Shown: piece after piece, positions 60,061-64,000 of the stretch
Layout: every line of letters begins with the position of its first letter
Numbering within the stretch: the first letter of the stretch is position 1
NCBI GenBank assembly: GCA_965218795.1
Contig: OZ244653.1
Span: forward strand, 672,001-736,000
DNA: 64,000 nucleotides
Reading direction: 5' to 3'
Source of the DNA: a bacterium
Lineage (GTDB): Bacteria; UBA8248; JACPRG01; G963555815
Translations under genes and position numbers: made by a program
Notes under the pieces: model-generated
The model's database searches: none
What the model was told of the DNA's origin: nothing
The model's input: only the letters and a program-made list of their open reading frames with translations

Positions 60061-61776
60061 TCAGGCCGATGGGTGCTTGCAGATAACGTTCAGGAGCGCC
60101 TGCCGGCCTTCCTCCCGGACGGCTTTCAGGGATCTCTGCAAGGCGGCCGGCAATTCGCCGGGGTCTTCCACGCGCTCGCCGTATCCCTCGTGAACCTCCA
60201 TCATCTTCTCGAAGTTCGGCGAAGGCTGGAGGTCGCTGAGGGGGAACTGGTCTCTGCCCGCGGCCCATCCGTCCGGATAGAGGTCCTGGGCCGCCCTCCG
60301 AACCGCGTTCCAGCACTGGTTGTTGAACACCACTGTCAGAATGGGCAGGTTCTGCGCGCGGGAGACAAAGTGCGCGGACGTGGGCGAGTTGAACATGTAG
60401 CTGCCGTCGCCGACGCAAGCGATGACGGTCTTTTCGGGCTTGGCCAGCTTGACCCCGAGGGACGCGCCGAGCCCCCATCCCAGTCCTGACGCGTGGGAGG
60501 AGCCGAAGAACGTGGCGGGACGGGTGAAATCCACGTGCTGGGGCAGCAGGTCGTACTCATTGACGAGAACGGTGTCCTCGTCGAAGACCTCATTGATGCA
60601 GCGCGAGACCCAGCGGTAGTCGATGGGTTTTTCCTTGCCGGCCGCCTCGCCGGCCTGTTTCCATTCCTTTCGCTGTTGATCGTGGGCGGCGGCGTGACGG
60701 GCCCGGCGTTTGTCCAGTTCGGCCTCTTTTCCGTTCAACCGCTCGCTGAGCGCGTCGCTGAGGCTTCGGAGTCCGACCGCCGGGTCGCCCTTCAGGGCGA
60801 CGTCCATGGGATAGCCCCGAATCGGGTAGTCCGAGAAATAGGGGTCTCGCCCGAGATGGATGACGGTCGTGTTTTCCGACGGCTTTCCGAAGGAGGGGAC
60901 CCAAGGGACGTCGGCCTCCACGACCACGACCACGTCCGCCTCCTGGAGGAGGGGGCCCGGCTCGAAACCCCGGTGCAGGGGGTGGTCCGTGGGGAAGTTC
61001 ATATAGATGTTGCGGTGCTCCACCACGGGGATGGCGCCGGTCTCGGCCAGGTCGATCAGGTGAAGGACGGCTTCCGGGTTGACGCCCGCCGCGCCGGCGA
61101 TGATCAAGGGGGATTGCGCGCTTGCGAGGAGATCGGCGGCCCGTCCGGTTTCTTCCGCATCCGGTTGGGAAGAGGCGCCTCCGAATCGGGCTTCCGGCCG
61201 CTTCAGCGTCAGGGTCTGCTGCTCTTCCGCCAGGACCTCCCGAGGGAGGATCAAGTAGACCGGCCCGGGGGGATCGGCCATGGCCAGCGTGAGGGCCCGG
61301 TCAATCACCGTTTCCAGCTGTCCGGCGTTACGCAACTCGTAATCCCACTTCACGTATTCGCGAATCATTCCCGCCTGATCGCGCGATTCCTGAGCCCAGT
61401 GAATGTAGACGCTCCGGTGGCCCGGAACGCCTTCTTCATTGATGGGCGTGCGGCCGGCGGTGAACAGAACGGGAACGTGCGCCTTGGCGGCGTTCATGAT
61501 CTGGGCCGCGGCGTTCGCCGTCCCCACCGTGACGTGGACCATTGCCGCCTGGGGCTCGCCGGTCACCATGTAATAGCCGTGCGCCATGCTGACGGCCGTG
61601 GCCTCGTGGGGGCAAAGGACCGGCGTGGGGCAGGGCTGGTTCCCGGTCTTGCGCTTCGAAAAACACTCCACCAGGGGAGCGAAGTCCGTGCCCGCGTTGG
61701 CGAAAAAGTATTTCACCCCCCGGCGGGACAGGATCTCCAGATAGGCGTCGGCGGTATTCTCTACAGGGATATCCAC
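60061..61776 (-). CDS. Thiamine pyrophosphate-requiring enzyme (acetolactate synthase/benzoylformate decarboxylase superfamily)
   Basis: NAGTDF, PHE, HVTVGTAN, SGLGWG, GDGSYMF...NN. Confidence 0.9.
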   Translation of the reverse strand: MDIPVENTADAYLEILSRRGVKYFFANAGTDFAPLVECFSKRKTGNQPCPTPVLCPHEATAVSMAHGYYMVTGEPQAAMVHVTVGTANAAAQIMNAAKAHVPVLFTAGRTPINEEGVPGHRSVYIHWAQESRDQAGMIREYVKWDYELRNAGQLETVIDRALTLAMADPPGPVYLILPREVLAEEQQTLTLKRPEARFGGASSQPDAEETGRAADLLASAQSPLIIAGAAGVNPEAVLHLIDLAETGAIPVVEHRNIYMNFPTDHPLHRGFEPGPLLQEADVVVVVEADVPWVPSFGKPSENTTVIHLGRDPYFSDYPIRGYPMDVALKGDPAVGLRSLSDALSERLNGKEAELDKRRARHAAAHDQQRKEWKQAGEAAGKEKPIDYRWVSRCINEVFDEDTVLVNEYDLLPQHVDFTRPATFFGSSHASGLGWGLGASLGVKLAKPEKTVIACVGDGSYMFNSPTSAHFVSRAQNLPILTVVFNNQCWNAVRRAAQDLYPDGWAAGRDQFPLSDLQPSPNFEKMMEVHEGYGERVEDPGELPAALQRSLKAVREEGRQALLNVICKHPSA

Positions 61777-61839
61777 GAAGGCTCCTCCCGGAAGTTACAG
61801 GATTGAAGATGTCCAGCAGTCTAGCACGCGAGGCGAGCG

Positions 61840-62181
61840 TTAAAAATGGAGCGCCAGCCAGACGGTCTTCTCCTCGGGATGGGTCCATTCGACGCGGTGC
61901 CGCCGGTGGGCGGGAATGAGCACGTAATCGCCGGGCCGCATCTCCCGGACCGCGCTCTCGCCTTCATAAAGAAGCCTTGCCCCGCCGCTCAGCAGGACGA
62001 CCCACTCATCCGATTCCGGGTCGTACCATTCGTCCGGAGGGGTCGTCTGACCGGCGGAGACGATCCGCTGCACCCTCACAGGAGGTCTGGACAGAAGGTC
62101 ATCGAAGATTTCCCGGGGGATTTCCTCGGGGATATTCGAGAACAAGTTGCCGGTTTGGAGGGGTTCCATAGGCATCTCCAC
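61840..62181 (-). CDS. Cupin domain protein
   Basis: RIVSAGQ, WYD...EWVVLLSG, IPAHRRHRVEWT, VWLALH. Confidence 0.85.
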   Translation of the reverse strand: MEMPMEPLQTGNLFSNIPEEIPREIFDDLLSRPPVRVQRIVSAGQTTPPDEWYDPESDEWVVLLSGGARLLYEGESAVREMRPGDYVLIPAHRRHRVEWTHPEEKTVWLALHF

Positions 62182-62346
62182 TGACGGCTCTGCGGGATCA
62201 GCCCGCTCGCCTTCGGACCGCGCAGTCGCCTGATGACGCAGTATATCCCTAAGCGGTCGGTCGGCGGTGGGGTCGCTGCACGGAAGGGATGCGTTCGAAG
62301 CGACTGTCTTTCTCGTCTACGGATGTGGCGTCGGCGGGAGGCGACC

Positions 62347-62742
62347 ATGACAGACCTGCACGATGCAGTTCGGCTGGAGGCGTTCGAGAGCTGGATGAGA
62401 ATTGCTGAAGCAATGAACCGGATGGATGAAATATCGAAATATCAGAAGGGTGAAACGAAAAGGGCTTTCGGTGTCGCCTCGCGGCTCATCGTCGATCGGC
62501 TCACATGGACGATTTGGCTATCGGTTCGGCTTCCTTCTTTTTTGGGGGAGGCGGTTTCCACTTTCACGCGTTCCATTTGGCTCTACAGTCAGCAAATCGA
62601 CAAAAGAGATTTTGCAATCTTTGTGTATAAAGATGCCTCTGCTCTGGATTCCTGCTTTCGCAGGAATGACAGACAAAGAGCCTGCCGAATGGATTCCTGC
62701 CCCCGACAAAAGCACTCGAGGACAGGCCACGCGCAGGAATGA
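62347..62742 (+). CDS. Possible hypothetical ORF or gene remnant running into repeats
   Basis: GGGAGG RBS before MTDLHDAV; the 3' part is translated repeat sequence. Confidence 0.25.
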   Translation: MTDLHDAVRLEAFESWMRIAEAMNRMDEISKYQKGETKRAFGVASRLIVDRLTWTIWLSVRLPSFLGEAVSTFTRSIWLYSQQIDKRDFAIFVYKDASALDSCFRRNDRQRACRMDSCPRQKHSRTGHAQE

Positions 62743-62835
62743 CAAACGGCTCAGACAGCGCGGAATCCTCGCACCCCCGTCGAACTCCCCCTGTCCAGCC
62801 CTTTTGATCGTCATTCCCGCGTAGGCGGGAATCCA
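62645..62835. repeat. Cluster of three REP/dRS3-like palindromes (one with loop insert)
   Basis: 62645-62670, 62690-62743, 62810-62835. Confidence 0.8.
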
Positions 62836-62971
62836 CAGGCCCCAGGGGAAAACTCCTGAGAAGGGGATGATGGTGGACCCGCAAACGAAAAGGCGCCGCT
62901 GAGAAAGGGGAGTATCGAAAATGAAAGCACGCGCGGGACCAAAGCGGCTCCCCAGTAAGGCGCATAGCCGA

Positions 62972-63286
62972 CTACGTCTCCCGGGGATCCTTCAGGAGAT
63001 AGGCCCAGAATTCCTCCCCCTCCAGCGGCGAGGCGGTCTCGATGGGTTCTGTTTCGATGTCGGTGAAGTATTGGTCGTAGACGACCATTCGTTCATGGGC
63101 GAGAGGTGGGGAGCAGTAGCAGTTCTCCGTCCATTCCACGTGCTCGTCCCGAATCACGGCCCTGCGCATGGAGGCCAGTATCTCGCCGCCCTCGGGCTTG
63201 ATGGATGCAATGGAGCCGTCCGTCAGCGCCTCGAGGAAATCCTGCCTTCTTTCGTGCAGAAAGTTCGCTTTTACGTGATAAAGCAT
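62972..63286 (-). CDS. Hypothetical protein with CYC motif
   Basis: 104 aa; GAGG RBS; PEGGEILASMRRA, CYCSPPLAHER; coupled to the upstream ORF. Confidence 0.7.
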   Translation of the reverse strand: MLYHVKANFLHERRQDFLEALTDGSIASIKPEGGEILASMRRAVIRDEHVEWTENCYCSPPLAHERMVVYDQYFTDIETEPIETASPLEGEEFWAYLLKDPRET

Positions 63287-63528
63287 CAGGCGTCCTCCTC
63301 GAGCCGGGTCTTCAGGAAAGGAGAAGGTTCGACGACATGTTTTTTCAGATTCCAGACGTCAAAGGCGTGCATCCCCCGGACACGCTCGAACAGCAGCGCG
63401 GGACCTCCATCCACACGGACCTTCTGGCAAATGGCGCCGATTTCCTGAGCGGGACCGACCTCGATAGGGGACAGATCGCCCTCGGCCCGAAGGTCATCCA
63501 GGAATCCCCGCAGGTCACGGCAGACCAT
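63286..63528 (-). pseudogene. N-terminal stub of a UbiD-family decarboxylase
   Basis: DLRGFLDDLRAEGDL...EIGAI...GPALLFERVRG; only 80 aa versus ~450-500 expected. Confidence 0.75.
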
Positions 63529-63555
63529 TCCGTTTCTCTCTCCCGGCGAATTTCG

Positions 63556-64000
63556 TCAGCGACTCACGGGATTGGAAATCTTTCCAATGCCGTCGATTTC
63601 AATCGTGACGGTGTCCCCGTCCTTCAGGAACTCGCCGCGGCCCATGCCGACGCCTTCGGGCGTCCCGGTTGCAATCACATCGCCCGGGCAGAGGCGGACC
63701 ACCGTGGACAGATAGGCGATCTGATCCTGAATGCTGAAGAGCATATCGCTGGTGTTGGCATCCTGCATCAACTCGTCGTTCACCCACAACTTGAAATCCA
63801 GGTGATTGGGATCCCGGATGTAGGCCTTGGGGGCGAGGTAAGGGCCCATCGGAGCGAACGTGGGAGCGCATTTTCCGCCAAACCAGTCCCATTTGAACTT
63901 CCATTCGGCCCTAACGTTTCTGTCGCGGGCTGAGACGTCGTTGAAGCAGGTGTACCCGGCCACGTGGTCAAGGGCGTTTTCGACCGAGATGTCCGCGCCT
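63556..64000 (-). CDS. Fumarylacetoacetate hydrolase family protein, partial at window edge
   Basis: VAGYTCFNDVSARD, GK, PMGP, PGDVIATGTPEGVG, IGKISNPV. Confidence 0.9.
   Translation of the reverse strand, partial: GADISVENALDHVAGYTCFNDVSARDRNVRAEWKFKWDWFGGKCAPTFAPMGPYLAPKAYIRDPNHLDFKLWVNDELMQDANTSDMLFSIQDQIAYLSTVVRLCPGDVIATGTPEGVGMGRGEFLKDGDTVTIEIDGIGKISNPVSR

Overview
GC-rich bacterial chromosomal segment made mostly of catabolic and transport operons. It holds two branched-chain-type ABC systems, a CoA ligase / enoyl-CoA hydratase / ferritin-like diiron cluster, two xanthine-dehydrogenase-family molybdoenzymes, an oxidative pentose phosphate operon, a GntR-regulated oxalate-oxidoreductase-like three-subunit enzyme, a hydantoinase/oxoprolinase-SDR-aminotransferase operon, tandem amidohydrolases, a HemY-type porphyrinogen oxidase, and TPP, cupin and FAH family genes. 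No rRNA, tRNA or CRISPR array was seen. The most unusual structure is at 15.3-19.1 kb. There a frameshifted autotransporter with a (TCAGACT)10.7 heptamer tract at its 5' end sits inside the pentose phosphate operon, in place of most of a glucokinase gene, and is bracketed by mosaics of a dRS3/REP-like palindrome. About 15 copies of that palindrome mark accessory junctions across the window, and three carry a shared ~27-bp hairpin nested in their loop. The window also contains many gene stubs and tandem paralogs with patchy identity. All calls come from motif recognition by eye, with no database searches. Single-base frameshifts could be sequencing or assembly errors.
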